A stretch of DNA of 50,745 nucleotides from an uncultured Bacteroidota bacterium (GTDB lineage Bacteria > Bacteroidota > Bacteroidia > Chitinophagales > S012-47): positions 1 through 50,745 of the forward strand of contig CAJXXO010000001.1 in the NCBI GenBank assembly GCA_913062655.1, in the 5' to 3' direction. The translations under genes and the position numbers were made by a program. The notes beneath the pieces are model-generated. The model had not been told where the DNA came from and did no database searches. It saw only the letters and a program-made list of their open reading frames with translations. Below are positions 9,670-18,798 of the stretch, one piece after another; positions within the stretch are counted from its first letter, which is position 1, and each line of letters begins with the position of its first letter.

Positions 9670-10548
9670 ATGATTACACGACTACTGGTAGGGCTGGCAT
9701 TTGTCAGCCTTACTTTTTTGGCGCATGCACAAGAGGACAAAGACTCTACCTGGCTGGTAGGGGGTACTTCGCAAATCAATTTCTCACAGGCCACTTTTAT
9801 CAATTGGTCGGCCGGTGGGGAAAACAACATTGCCGCTACCGGACAACTGGACCTCTTCCTCATCAATAATGGAGACAACCACGTTTGGCGCAATGACTTA
9901 CGCCTGGCCTATGGTCGCATAAAAACAGGTGATCAATTGCGCAAGAGCGATGACATCATTCAGTTTATATCGGCCTACAAGCGGGCTATATCGGAGAAAT
10001 TCAACTACAATGCCACATTAGATTTTCGCACTCAATTTGACCGGGGTTTCAAGTACCCCAATGATTCGGTGGTGATCTCCCACTTTATGGCGCCTGCCTT
10101 CGCGGTGGTATCTACCGGTTTGGAATACCATTGGAAAGATTACATTTCATTCTATCTATCTCCCCTGGCCGGTAAGCTCACCTATGTGCGCGAGGTGGAT
10201 GGCATACAGCCGGAAAACTTCGGAGTGGAACCGGGACAGAATCTACGGGCAGAACTTGGGGCGACCTTCCGGATGTCTGTCAATAAAGAGATTATGGAAA
10301 ATGTGACCGTCATTTCCGACCTGGAATTGTTCTCCAATTACCTGAATGAGCCACAAAATGTGGATATCAACTGGTTGTTCAAGCTCAATATGAAGGTGAA
10401 CAAATTCATTGCCGCTTCGCTTACTACGCAGCTCCTCTACGACCACGATATCCTCATTCCCAAAACCAACGATGCCGGGGAAGAGTATCTTGGGCGGGGC
10501 ACCCAATTCCGGGAGGTGCTCAATATCGGCCTAACCTTCTCATTCTGA
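9670..10548 (+). CDS. Outer-membrane beta-barrel-like protein, DUF3078-like
   Basis: 292 aa with a signal peptide (LAFVSLTFLAHAQ). The N-terminal W.VGG.SQINFSQATFINWSAGGENN pattern and alternating beta-strand-like sequence ending in F match my recollection of DUF3078. The family call is tentative. Confidence 0.55.
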   Translation: MITRLLVGLAFVSLTFLAHAQEDKDSTWLVGGTSQINFSQATFINWSAGGENNIAATGQLDLFLINNGDNHVWRNDLRLAYGRIKTGDQLRKSDDIIQFISAYKRAISEKFNYNATLDFRTQFDRGFKYPNDSVVISHFMAPAFAVVSTGLEYHWKDYISFYLSPLAGKLTYVREVDGIQPENFGVEPGQNLRAELGATFRMSVNKEIMENVTVISDLELFSNYLNEPQNVDINWLFKLNMKVNKFIAASLTTQLLYDHDILIPKTNDAGEEYLGRGTQFREVLNIGLTFSF

Positions 10549-10616
10549 TGCCCATGGGTTAACAAAATTTAACCGCCCATAAGCATTCATGGGTTCTATG
10601 GCCTGCCTACACCTGT

Positions 10617-10624
10617 TAATTTTG
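10617..10624 (+). promoter_or_regulatory. Candidate -7 promoter box (TAnnTTTG) for the moxR/bat operon
   Basis: TAATTTTG lies 24 nt upstream of the ATG at 10648. Confidence 0.35.
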
Positions 10625-10647
10625 AAGACCGGGAAAAACAACGAGCT

Positions 10648-11649
10648 ATGGAGACATTGAGTGCAACCGATATTCAGCAGCTCAATGAGCGCATTAAACA
10701 GGAAAGTGCGTTCATCGACCTGCTCAACCTGGAAATCGGTAAAAAGATCGTAGGCCAGCAGTACATGCTGGAGCGACTGTTGATCGGCTTATTGGCACAA
10801 GGGCACATTCTACTGGAAGGGGTACCCGGCCTGGCTAAAACCCTGGCCATTAAATCCCTCGCCTCCGCGGTAAATGCCAAGTTCAGCCGCATTCAGTTTA
10901 CCCCCGACCTGCTGCCGGCTGATGTGGTTGGTACCATGATCTACAGTCCGGCTGACAATAGCTTTCAAGTCAAGAAGGGGCCTGTGTTTGCCAACTTCAT
11001 TCTGGCCGATGAGATCAACCGCGCACCGGCCAAGGTGCAAAGTGCCTTGCTTGAAGCCATGCAGGAGCGGCAAGTGACCATTGGTGATCAGTCTTTTTCA
11101 TTGGAAGAACCATTCCTGGTGCTGGCTACACAAAACCCGATAGAGCAGGAGGGTACTTATCCGCTGCCAGAAGCACAGGTCGATCGTTTTATGCTCAAGG
11201 TGGTGATTACCTACCCGGAACGGGAAGACGAACGACAGATCATTCGTCAAAATCTGCAAACCACGCAAGAAACCATACAACAAGTAGTGAAACCGGAAGA
11301 GGTCCTCAAGGCACGCAACACCGTCCGGGATGTCTATATGGACGAGAAGATCGAAAACTATATCCTCGACATCGTGATGGCTACGCGCCAGCCGGAGCGC
11401 TTCCAACTCAATGACCTGAAGCCACTCATCGCTTATGGAGGATCACCACGTGCCAGCATCAACCTGGCGATGGCGGCCAAGACCTATGCCTTTGTCAAGC
11501 ACCGTGGCTATGTGATCCCGGAAGACATCCGTGCCATCTGCTACGATGTGATGCGCCATCGTGTGGGCATCACCTACGAGGCGGAAGCTGAAAATATAAC
11601 AGCAGAAGATATCATTACCGAAATCCTGAATAAGGTAGAAGTCCCATAA
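10648..11649 (+). CDS. moxR: MoxR-family AAA+ ATPase
   Basis: 333 aa. Walker A is LLEGVPGLAKT and Walker B/sensor region is ILADEINRAPAKVQSALLEAMQERQVT. Size and position ahead of DUF58/VWA genes are typical. Confidence 0.92.
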   Translation: METLSATDIQQLNERIKQESAFIDLLNLEIGKKIVGQQYMLERLLIGLLAQGHILLEGVPGLAKTLAIKSLASAVNAKFSRIQFTPDLLPADVVGTMIYSPADNSFQVKKGPVFANFILADEINRAPAKVQSALLEAMQERQVTIGDQSFSLEEPFLVLATQNPIEQEGTYPLPEAQVDRFMLKVVITYPEREDERQIIRQNLQTTQETIQQVVKPEEVLKARNTVRDVYMDEKIENYILDIVMATRQPERFQLNDLKPLIAYGGSPRASINLAMAAKTYAFVKHRGYVIPEDIRAICYDVMRHRVGITYEAEAENITAEDIITEILNKVEVP

Positions 11650-11695
11650 CGCATCTTGCACGAACCAGCGAATTCATCGTTTGAACCTCGTTCAC

Positions 11696-12571
11696 ATGGA
11701 CACCAAAGAACTGCTGAAAAAAGTCCGTACAATCGAGATCAAAACGAAGGGGCTCTCCAATCATATTTTCTCCGGAGAATACCACAGCGCCTTCAAAGGG
11801 CGCGGTATGTCTTTTAGCGAAGTGCGGGAATACCAGTATGGCGATGATGTACGCGCCATTGACTGGAACGTAACGGCCCGCTTCAACCACCCTTACGTCA
11901 AGATTTTCGAAGAAGAGCGTGAACTGACGGTGATGCTGCTGGTAGATGTCAGTCGCTCGAGTGCCTTTGGCAGTGTGGAGCAGATCAAGCGCAACATGAT
12001 CACCGAGATCAGTGCAGTGCTGGCCTTTTCTGCCATCAACAACAATGATAAGGTAGGCATGATCCTGTTCTCCGATCAGGTGGAGTTATTTGTACCCCCC
12101 AAGAAGGGTCGCTTTCATATTCTGCGCCTCATTCGCGAATTAATTGACTTTACACCACAGCACAAGGGTACCGACATTGGAGCTGCGATCACCTTCTTCA
12201 ACCAGGTGATCAAGAAGCGGAGTATCGCCTTTGTGCTGAGCGACTTCATGGATACGGGCTATGCGGATGCACTCAGCTTATCGGCCAGAAGACACGACAT
12301 GGTCGGCATTCAGGTGTACGACCAACGCGACCAGTCCTTACCCAATGTAGGCTTGATGGAAGTGTACGATGCGGAGACCGGACAAACCACCTGGCTGGAT
12401 ACGAGCCGAAAAAAGGTGCGCCAGGCCTATGAACAGCAATTTCGCACCTATGACAAGTACCTGCAGGAGGCCTTCCTCCGCTGTGGGAAAGACCAGGTGC
12501 GCATTGGCACCCATCAATCTTACGTACGCGCTTTGATGCAACTTTTTAAAAAACGGGAGGCAGCCCGATGA
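11696..12571 (+). CDS. DUF58 domain-containing protein (VWA-like MoxR partner)
   Basis: The ORF opens at TTG 11681; I prefer ATG 11696 (MDTKELLKKV). Conserved DUF58 motif: FKGRGMSFSEVREYQYGDDVRAIDWNVTAR. Confidence 0.9.
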   Translation: MDTKELLKKVRTIEIKTKGLSNHIFSGEYHSAFKGRGMSFSEVREYQYGDDVRAIDWNVTARFNHPYVKIFEEERELTVMLLVDVSRSSAFGSVEQIKRNMITEISAVLAFSAINNNDKVGMILFSDQVELFVPPKKGRFHILRLIRELIDFTPQHKGTDIGAAITFFNQVIKKRSIAFVLSDFMDTGYADALSLSARRHDMVGIQVYDQRDQSLPNVGLMEVYDAETGQTTWLDTSRKKVRQAYEQQFRTYDKYLQEAFLRCGKDQVRIGTHQSYVRALMQLFKKREAAR

Positions 12572-13503
12572 AACAATGGTGGTTCATAGTGCTGTTGTGG
12601 TGGCCCATAAGTCTTTGGAGCCAAACGGTAGAGGTGTCCGCCACCCTCGACACCAACCACATTCGCATTGGCGAACCCATTCACCTCACTTTACAAGCAG
12701 TGTACGACACCAGTCTGCAAGTGGAGTGGCCTTTGTTTGACCAGGCGGTACAATCCTTTCCCCTTATAGAAACCTACGACCGGGAGAAGCTGACGGAGGG
12801 ACCACAACATATTGAACGAGGCAGCTATGACATTACTGCCTTTGATACCGGATTCATTGTGCTGGAGCCGATCGCCTTTGGCTTTTACAGGGAGGGAGAA
12901 CCCACCACGGATACCTTTCTTACGGAGCCGCTTTTAGTGCAGGTGGACTTCGTGGAAGTTGACACCACCCAACCCTACAAACCTATCAAAGGTCCGATTG
13001 ATGCCCCCATGACCTGGCGCGAGTGGCTACCCTATGTGGCCATACCGCTTATGCTAGTGGTGCTGGGCCTAATCATCTGGTACCTGTACAAAAAGCAAAA
13101 GGAGAAGCCCCAACCCACACCTGAACCCATAGACCTACCAACGGAACCCGCTCACGTGATCGCACTTCGCGAACTGGAAGCGCTCGAACGGGCAGAACTA
13201 TGGCAGGCCGGTGATTACAAGGAATACCACGACCGCGTATCGGATATTTTGCGCGGCTACATCGAAAGGCGCTTCCATATTGAAGCCCTGGAAAGCACTA
13301 CAGAAGAGCTGATGGTCACCTTTAATAAGGTACCCGTACCGCGGTTACAGGTGGAACAACTGCGTGAAGTGCTTACCATAGCTGACCTGGCCAAGTTTGC
13401 CAAGGTGGAACCATTACCGGAAGAGAATGCCAAGAGCCTGTCGCTGGCCCGAGATTTTATTGCCGCTACTAAAGTGGATGAAAAAGAGGAGGGTGCCGCA
13501 TGA
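12568..13503 (+). CDS. Membrane protein of the Bat operon (DUF4381-like / BatD-N-terminal-like)
   Basis: 311 aa with a signal peptide, one central TM helix (WLPYVAIPLMLVVLGLIIWYLY) and ATGA-type overlaps with both neighbours. It occupies the position held by DUF4381 proteins in moxR-bat operons. The family call is tentative. Confidence 0.55.
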   Translation: MKQWWFIVLLWWPISLWSQTVEVSATLDTNHIRIGEPIHLTLQAVYDTSLQVEWPLFDQAVQSFPLIETYDREKLTEGPQHIERGSYDITAFDTGFIVLEPIAFGFYREGEPTTDTFLTEPLLVQVDFVEVDTTQPYKPIKGPIDAPMTWREWLPYVAIPLMLVVLGLIIWYLYKKQKEKPQPTPEPIDLPTEPAHVIALRELEALERAELWQAGDYKEYHDRVSDILRGYIERRFHIEALESTTEELMVTFNKVPVPRLQVEQLREVLTIADLAKFAKVEPLPEENAKSLSLARDFIAATKVDEKEEGAA

Positions 13504-14510
13504 TGCAGGAGCTCCGACAGATCGTATTTCAGCATCCGGAGGTTTTGTGGGGCCTGTTGGTAGTACCGCTATTGGTCGCCTGGTACATATGGCGCATCCT
13601 CAGGCGCAGCCCCAGGATGATGCTCTCCTCCACCGCACCGCTACGAAAATACAGCACCAGTTGGCGGGGCTATGCCCGGCATGTGTTGTTTGGCCTACGC
13701 ATGTTGGCGGTGATCGCTGCCATTATTGCCCTGGCTCGGCCCATCATTCCCAACTACGAATCAGAGATCGAAACGGAAGGTATCGACATTGTGATGGCAC
13801 TCGATATTTCCAGCAGTATGTTGGCCAAAGACTTTAAGCCCAACCGCCTGGAAGCCGCCAAAGAAGTAGCCAAAGATTTTATCGAAAGCCGACCCAATGA
13901 CCGAATCGGTTTGGTGGTGTTTGGTGGGGAGGCCTTTACCCAGTGCCCCATTACCATCGACCACCAGATTTTGACACAATTCATGAGCGACCTGGAGTCG
14001 GGACTGCTGAAAGACGGTACGGCCATTGGCTCGGGGCTGGGCGTGGCTGTCAACCGACTGCGGGAAAGCGAAGTGGCCAGCAAGGTAATTATTCTGCTCA
14101 CAGATGGGGTCAACAACTCTGGGGCTACCGACCCGCTGACGGCAGCGGAACTGGCGGAGAAATTCAACATCCGTGTGTACACGATTGGTGTCGGCAAGGA
14201 AGGCAAAGCCTATTCTCCGGTCGGCATTTACCCGGATGGTTCTTTTGCCTACGACTATGTGGAGGTACGCATTGACGAAGCGCTATTGGAAGATATCGCG
14301 GAGCAAACCGGTGGCGCCTATTTCCGCGCAACCGACAATGCCAGTCTGCAAGCCATCTACAATGAGATCGATGCGATGGAAAAGTCGAGGGTGCGGGTGA
14401 GCACGTTGCCCAAACCGATCGATCGGTATTGGTGGCCGACTGCTTTGGCTTTAGGATTATTAACGGTTGAATTGGTGACACGCAACACGATTTTGCGTTC
14501 AATGACATAG
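13500..14510 (+). CDS. batA: VWA domain-containing protein BatA
   Basis: 336 aa with N- and C-terminal TM helices. VWA MIDAS motif is VMALDISSSM..LLTDGVNNSG. First VWA gene after DUF58/DUF4381. Confidence 0.85.
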   Translation: MMQELRQIVFQHPEVLWGLLVVPLLVAWYIWRILRRSPRMMLSSTAPLRKYSTSWRGYARHVLFGLRMLAVIAAIIALARPIIPNYESEIETEGIDIVMALDISSSMLAKDFKPNRLEAAKEVAKDFIESRPNDRIGLVVFGGEAFTQCPITIDHQILTQFMSDLESGLLKDGTAIGSGLGVAVNRLRESEVASKVIILLTDGVNNSGATDPLTAAELAEKFNIRVYTIGVGKEGKAYSPVGIYPDGSFAYDYVEVRIDEALLEDIAEQTGGAYFRATDNASLQAIYNEIDAMEKSRVRVSTLPKPIDRYWWPTALALGLLTVELVTRNTILRSMT

Positions 14511-14512
14511 CC

Positions 14513-15547
14513 ATGGAAGCGATACAATTTGAACATCCACAACTGCTTTGGCTGCTCGGTGCTATACCGCTGCTGGTAGCGATTGCCGTGTGGAATCGCT
14601 TTGCCCGACAGCGCGCCCTTAAAAAATGGGGCGACCCGGAGCTGGCCAAGGCTATGATGCCGGAGTTTTCACTGGCTAAGCGCAACCTGAAGCTCACCCT
14701 TGTCCTATTCGGTCTGGCTTTTCTGGTGATTGCAGCCGCAAATCCATTGGTGGGTAAGAAACAACGCGAGGCCAAGCGGGAAGGGATCGATATCATTGTA
14801 GCGCTGGATGTATCAAAATCCATGCTGGCTGAAGACCTGGCACCCAATAGATTAGAACGCGCCCGACAGTTTGTAAGTCGCCTCATCGACCGTCTACAAA
14901 ATGATCGAATAGGCCTGATCATGTTTGCCGGCAATGCCTACCTGCAAATGCCGATGACAGTTGACCACAATGCGGCACAGGTGTTTTTGAGAACCCTTTC
15001 CCCCGACAATGTACCTACACAGGGCACCGCCCTCGCGGCAGCCATTGACTTGAGTGTGGCCGCCTTCGAACGAAGCAAGACGAAAAGCAAAGCCCTGATC
15101 ATACTTTCGGACGGTGAAGACCACGAGGAAGGGGCACTGGAAAAAGCGCAAGCAGCAGCCGAGGAAGGGTTGACCCTCTTCACCATTGGTGTGGGGTCAA
15201 GCAGAGGTGCCCCAGTACCGGAGTATGTGAATGGTGCTAAAAGGGGTTTCAAGACCGACCAGCAAGGCAACATTATACTCTCTAAGCTGAATGAGACGAT
15301 GCTCAACAAATTGGCGGTGGCCGGCAATGGTTATTATTTTAACCTGTCCGGCTCCACGGAACAGCTCAATCAGTTGATGAATGAGTTGGGGCAATTGGAA
15401 AAGACCGCTATTGATCAGGTGAGTACAGACGACTTTGTATCGTATTATCAAATCCCTTTGGCGTTGGGATTGTTATTATTGCTGCTGGATAGCTTGCTGG
15501 GCCGGCATCGCAATCGATTCATCGCAAAAATGCTGGGAACATCATGA
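14513..15547 (+). CDS. batB: VWA domain-containing protein BatB
   Basis: 344 aa with a TM helix at each end. MIDAS motif is VALDVSKSM..ILSDGEDHE. Confidence 0.85.
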   Translation: MEAIQFEHPQLLWLLGAIPLLVAIAVWNRFARQRALKKWGDPELAKAMMPEFSLAKRNLKLTLVLFGLAFLVIAAANPLVGKKQREAKREGIDIIVALDVSKSMLAEDLAPNRLERARQFVSRLIDRLQNDRIGLIMFAGNAYLQMPMTVDHNAAQVFLRTLSPDNVPTQGTALAAAIDLSVAAFERSKTKSKALIILSDGEDHEEGALEKAQAAAEEGLTLFTIGVGSSRGAPVPEYVNGAKRGFKTDQQGNIILSKLNETMLNKLAVAGNGYYFNLSGSTEQLNQLMNELGQLEKTAIDQVSTDDFVSYYQIPLALGLLLLLLDSLLGRHRNRFIAKMLGTS

Positions 15548-16287
15548 AAACGATCTTTTACCTTCTACTGATCCTGAGCCCCTTGTGGCTGTGGAGCCAA
15601 TCGGCCAACCGGTCGATCCGGCAAGGGGTGAAGGCGTTTCAGCAAGGCAACTTTACGGAGGCACAGGGTTACTTTGAAGAGGCGGTGAAGGCTGATCCTA
15701 CACAATTTGCCCCGGTATTCAACCAGGGCGATGCCTGGTACGAGATGGATTCGGTATCGCGAGCCGCAGAAGCCTTTCAGACGGCTATTGCCAAGGCGGA
15801 AGACAAAGCAGCCAAAGCACAAGCCTTTCACAACCTGGGTAATACCTTCTTGAAAGCGCAGCAGTATGAACAGAGTGTACAAGCTTTTCAGCAAGCCTTG
15901 CTGCACAACCCGAAGGATGAAGAATCGCGCTACAACCTGGCCTATGCCATGACCAAGCTGCAGGAACAACAGCAGCAAAACCAGGACCAGGAAAACAACC
16001 AAGACCAAAACGAAGAACAAGAGCAGGATAAAGAGCAGCAAGAAAAGCAAGATCAGTCTGACCAGGAGAAGGAGAACGAAGAGCAACAGAATCAACAAGA
16101 CCAGCAGGACCAACAGCAACAAAACGACCAGCAACAAGAGCAAGAGAAACAAGAACAGCAGCAGCAAATTTCCAAGCAGCAGGCAGAGCAGATATTACAG
16201 GCACTGGAAAAGGAAGAACAAAAAATCCAACAGAAGCTGAATAAAAAGGCTGAGGTGAAAACGGAAAAAAAGGAGAAAGACTGGTAA
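15544..16287 (+). CDS. batC: TPR-repeat protein BatC with a Q/E/D/N-rich C-terminal region
   Basis: 247 aa with a signal peptide, TPR-like helices (aa ~25-135) and then a low-complexity tail. Overlaps batB by 4 nt. Confidence 0.75.
   Translation: MKTIFYLLLILSPLWLWSQSANRSIRQGVKAFQQGNFTEAQGYFEEAVKADPTQFAPVFNQGDAWYEMDSVSRAAEAFQTAIAKAEDKAAKAQAFHNLGNTFLKAQQYEQSVQAFQQALLHNPKDEESRYNLAYAMTKLQEQQQQNQDQENNQDQNEEQEQDKEQQEKQDQSDQEKENEEQQNQQDQQDQQQQNDQQQEQEKQEQQQQISKQQAEQILQALEKEEQKIQQKLNKKAEVKTEKKEKDW
15958..16167 (+). repeat. Low-complexity CAA/CAG/GAA/GAC-rich coding tract (Q/E/D/N-rich, BatC aa ~139-208)
   Basis: Translates to LQEQQQQNQDQENNQDQNEEQEQDKEQQEKQDQSDQEKENEEQQNQQDQQDQQQQNDQQQEQEKQEQQQQ. 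It also generates the spurious Leu-rich antisense ORF 15565..16167. Confidence 0.75.
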
Positions 16288-18020
16288 TGAAGGTGTGGTG
16301 GACCATAGTATTCTTAAGTCTTGCTGCGTGGATGTGGGCGCAAGAGGCTACCTTCTATGCGGAGGTAGACAAGAATGCTGTGGCCAAGGATGGCGTCATT
16401 CGACTGGATATTGTGATTGAAAATGGCGACATGCAATCCTACGAGGCTCCGGCTTTCACCGATTTTGATGTGCTTCGCACTTCGCAGGGCCAGTCTACCA
16501 ATATCACTATTCGCGGTAATCAGCAGGTGATGGTCCGCAGAATCACCCGCTCGTACCTTATTCGTCCCCGAAAAACCGGTCAACTCACTATAGAACCGGC
16601 CAAGGTGCGCATTGAGGGTCAATTGTTGGAGACGGACCCGATCACCGTTACCGTATCGGGCAGCGGCAGCAACCCCAGTCCGAGCCCTTCCCCCAACAAC
16701 CTGCCGAAGAAGAATATTTTCGTCCGGGCTTTCGTCAACAAGACTTCTGCCTATGTAGGAGAGCAGGTATTGCTGAGTTACAAGCTTTACACCGGGCAAA
16801 ACATTGCCAGCTACAACGAGCCCACCACCACCTATGCCGGCTTCTGGAAAGAAGACATTGCTATTAAAAACCCAAGTGTCAAGCGAGAGGTAATCAACGG
16901 TATCGCCTATCGCACGGCCATCGTGAAACAGGTAATTCTCTTTCCTCAACAAAGTGGCACCCTCGATATTCCGGCTGCTGATATGACCGTTGATGTAGAA
17001 TATAATTTCTTCAGCACCCGCAGAATTGAGCTAAAAACCAACGCCCTTTCGCTGGACATACAACCGCTGCCCAACAATGCACCAGCCAGCTTTACCGGTG
17101 CAGTGGGTGACTTGAGCCTGACCACTACCATCAGCGGTGACTCGGCTGCCGTGGACGAGCCTATCACCTTGCGCATGACGCTGAAAGGCAGGACCAATTT
17201 CGACTTATTGGGCGACCCTGTCTTGACACTCCCCAATGGCTTCGAAGTGTACGACCCCAAGATATCTGCCAATACTTCAAAGTCGGGAGGTGTATTGAGT
17301 GGCAGCAAAACCTACGAGTACCTGATTATTCCTCGTCAACCAGGTACCTACAAGCTGGATCCGATTTCGGTCAGCTATTTCGATCCCAAAACGGAAGCCT
17401 ACCAAACCCTCAACACACCGGAATACACCTTCACCATCACCGGTAGTGGCGCACAAGGTGGTGGCAATGTGATCGGGATCAACAAAGAAGACATTGAATT
17501 GCTGGGCGAAGACATTCGCTACATCAAAACGGAGACTGATTGGACACGGGGCAGCGGTACTATTTTGGGTACACCCCTCTTTTGGACGCTGTCAGCCGGT
17601 CCTTTAGCCGCCTGGTTTATACTCTTCTTATTTGTCCGCTGGCGCGATAATCGAGAAGTTGATCCTTTGGCACAAAAACAGCGGAAAGCACTGGCTGCTG
17701 CGCAAAAACAATTGCGTCTGGCAGAAAAAGCGCGCAAGGAAGGCGATAATAAAGGGTTCTTTGATCACATTCGACTGGCCTTGTGGCACTATGCCCGCGA
17801 CCGCTTTGTGATACCGCAACACGAGCTGAATAAGGACACCATCACCGCAGCACTGCAAGAACAGGAGGTGGCAACATCCCTGATAGAACAATATCATCAG
17901 GTACTCGACACTTGCGATATGGCTTTATATGCCCCAATTGGAGGCAGCGAAGCTAAAGATCAGCTAGTGGCTGATGCAAAACAGGTTTTGCAAGACATTC
18001 AAACGGCAGCTAAGGCATGA
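16287..18020 (+). CDS. batD: BatD (oxygen-tolerance) family protein
   Basis: 577 aa with a signal peptide, a long beta-rich extracytoplasmic part, one TM helix (LFWTLSAGPLAAWFILFLFV) and a helical tail. The start shares 1 nt with the batC stop codon (TAATG). Confidence 0.8.
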   Translation: MKVWWTIVFLSLAAWMWAQEATFYAEVDKNAVAKDGVIRLDIVIENGDMQSYEAPAFTDFDVLRTSQGQSTNITIRGNQQVMVRRITRSYLIRPRKTGQLTIEPAKVRIEGQLLETDPITVTVSGSGSNPSPSPSPNNLPKKNIFVRAFVNKTSAYVGEQVLLSYKLYTGQNIASYNEPTTTYAGFWKEDIAIKNPSVKREVINGIAYRTAIVKQVILFPQQSGTLDIPAADMTVDVEYNFFSTRRIELKTNALSLDIQPLPNNAPASFTGAVGDLSLTTTISGDSAAVDEPITLRMTLKGRTNFDLLGDPVLTLPNGFEVYDPKISANTSKSGGVLSGSKTYEYLIIPRQPGTYKLDPISVSYFDPKTEAYQTLNTPEYTFTITGSGAQGGGNVIGINKEDIELLGEDIRYIKTETDWTRGSGTILGTPLFWTLSAGPLAAWFILFLFVRWRDNREVDPLAQKQRKALAAAQKQLRLAEKARKEGDNKGFFDHIRLALWHYARDRFVIPQHELNKDTITAALQEQEVATSLIEQYHQVLDTCDMALYAPIGGSEAKDQLVADAKQVLQDIQTAAKA

Positions 18021-18769
18021 AGTGGTTGTTGACCATAGGAGCAATTATGGCACTGGTGGTGGCTGTAGCACAACCGAACGACCTCTTTGAGCAGGGAAAT
18101 ACCGCCTATGCCAATGAAGAATGGGCGACAGCTATTGAGCATTATGAAGCGATTCTCGATACCGACTACCGCTCTGCCAGTATCCACTTCAACCTCGCCA
18201 ATGCCTACTACCAAATAGGAGATCTGGGTCAGGCCATTTTGCATTACGAACGCGCCTGGCAACTCGACCCCACGGATGAAGACATCATCTTCAATAAAAA
18301 GCTGGCCAACCTGCAGATCATCGATAAAGTGGAGCCCAAGGAGCCTACGTTCATCGGTGCCTGGTGGCAATCATTTTTGCTCACCGCTTCCACCAATGTT
18401 TGGGCGTTTACAGCCGTGTTATTCTTCTTCCTCACCCTAGGCCTCGGTACGGTGTTCCTTTTGGTGAAGCACCCCTTCTGGCGCCCTTTTTCGTTTTTTG
18501 GCGGCCTGTCCACACTGGTCATTGCCTTGCTGCTGACATTCATAGCTCACCAGCGGTATGGCGTCACCTACCCCGGCACACCGGAAGCTATCATTATGGC
18601 ACCCAACGTCTATGTCAAGTCAGCCCCCAAGGCCGGATCTACCGATCTCTTCATCTTACATGAAGGCCTGAAGGTGACGGTGCAGGAACAAGAGGGAGAC
18701 TGGCTGCGCATTGGCGTGGAAAATGATAAGCAAGGCTGGGTAAAGGCTGCTGACTTAGCGATCATTTAA
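18017..18769 (+). CDS. batE: BatE: TPR plus SH3-like domain membrane protein
   Basis: 250 aa with N-terminal TPR, two TM helices and a C-terminal SH3b-like segment (VYVKSAP.AGSTDLFILHEGLKVTV.EQEGDWLRI..ENDKQGWV). Overlaps batD by 4 nt. Confidence 0.75.
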   Translation: MKWLLTIGAIMALVVAVAQPNDLFEQGNTAYANEEWATAIEHYEAILDTDYRSASIHFNLANAYYQIGDLGQAILHYERAWQLDPTDEDIIFNKKLANLQIIDKVEPKEPTFIGAWWQSFLLTASTNVWAFTAVLFFFLTLGLGTVFLLVKHPFWRPFSFFGGLSTLVIALLLTFIAHQRYGVTYPGTPEAIIMAPNVYVKSAPKAGSTDLFILHEGLKVTVQEQEGDWLRIGVENDKQGWVKAADLAII

Positions 18770-18798
18770 TACCTTTGCGCGCTAACCAACAACGCCCT

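Noticed and set aside
10648-14510. Whether the MoxR ATPase plus VWA proteins form a possible novel defence or stress system.
   Set aside because: Gene content and order match the well-known moxR-DUF58-bat aerotolerance operon of Bacteroidota. Nothing extra, such as nucleases or effectors, is attached.
15958-16167. Whether the CAA/CAG/GAA-rich tract is a microsatellite, CRISPR-like or other non-coding repeat.
   Set aside because: It is in frame within batC and is imperfect at DNA level, with no regular spacer/repeat structure. It is a coding low-complexity region.
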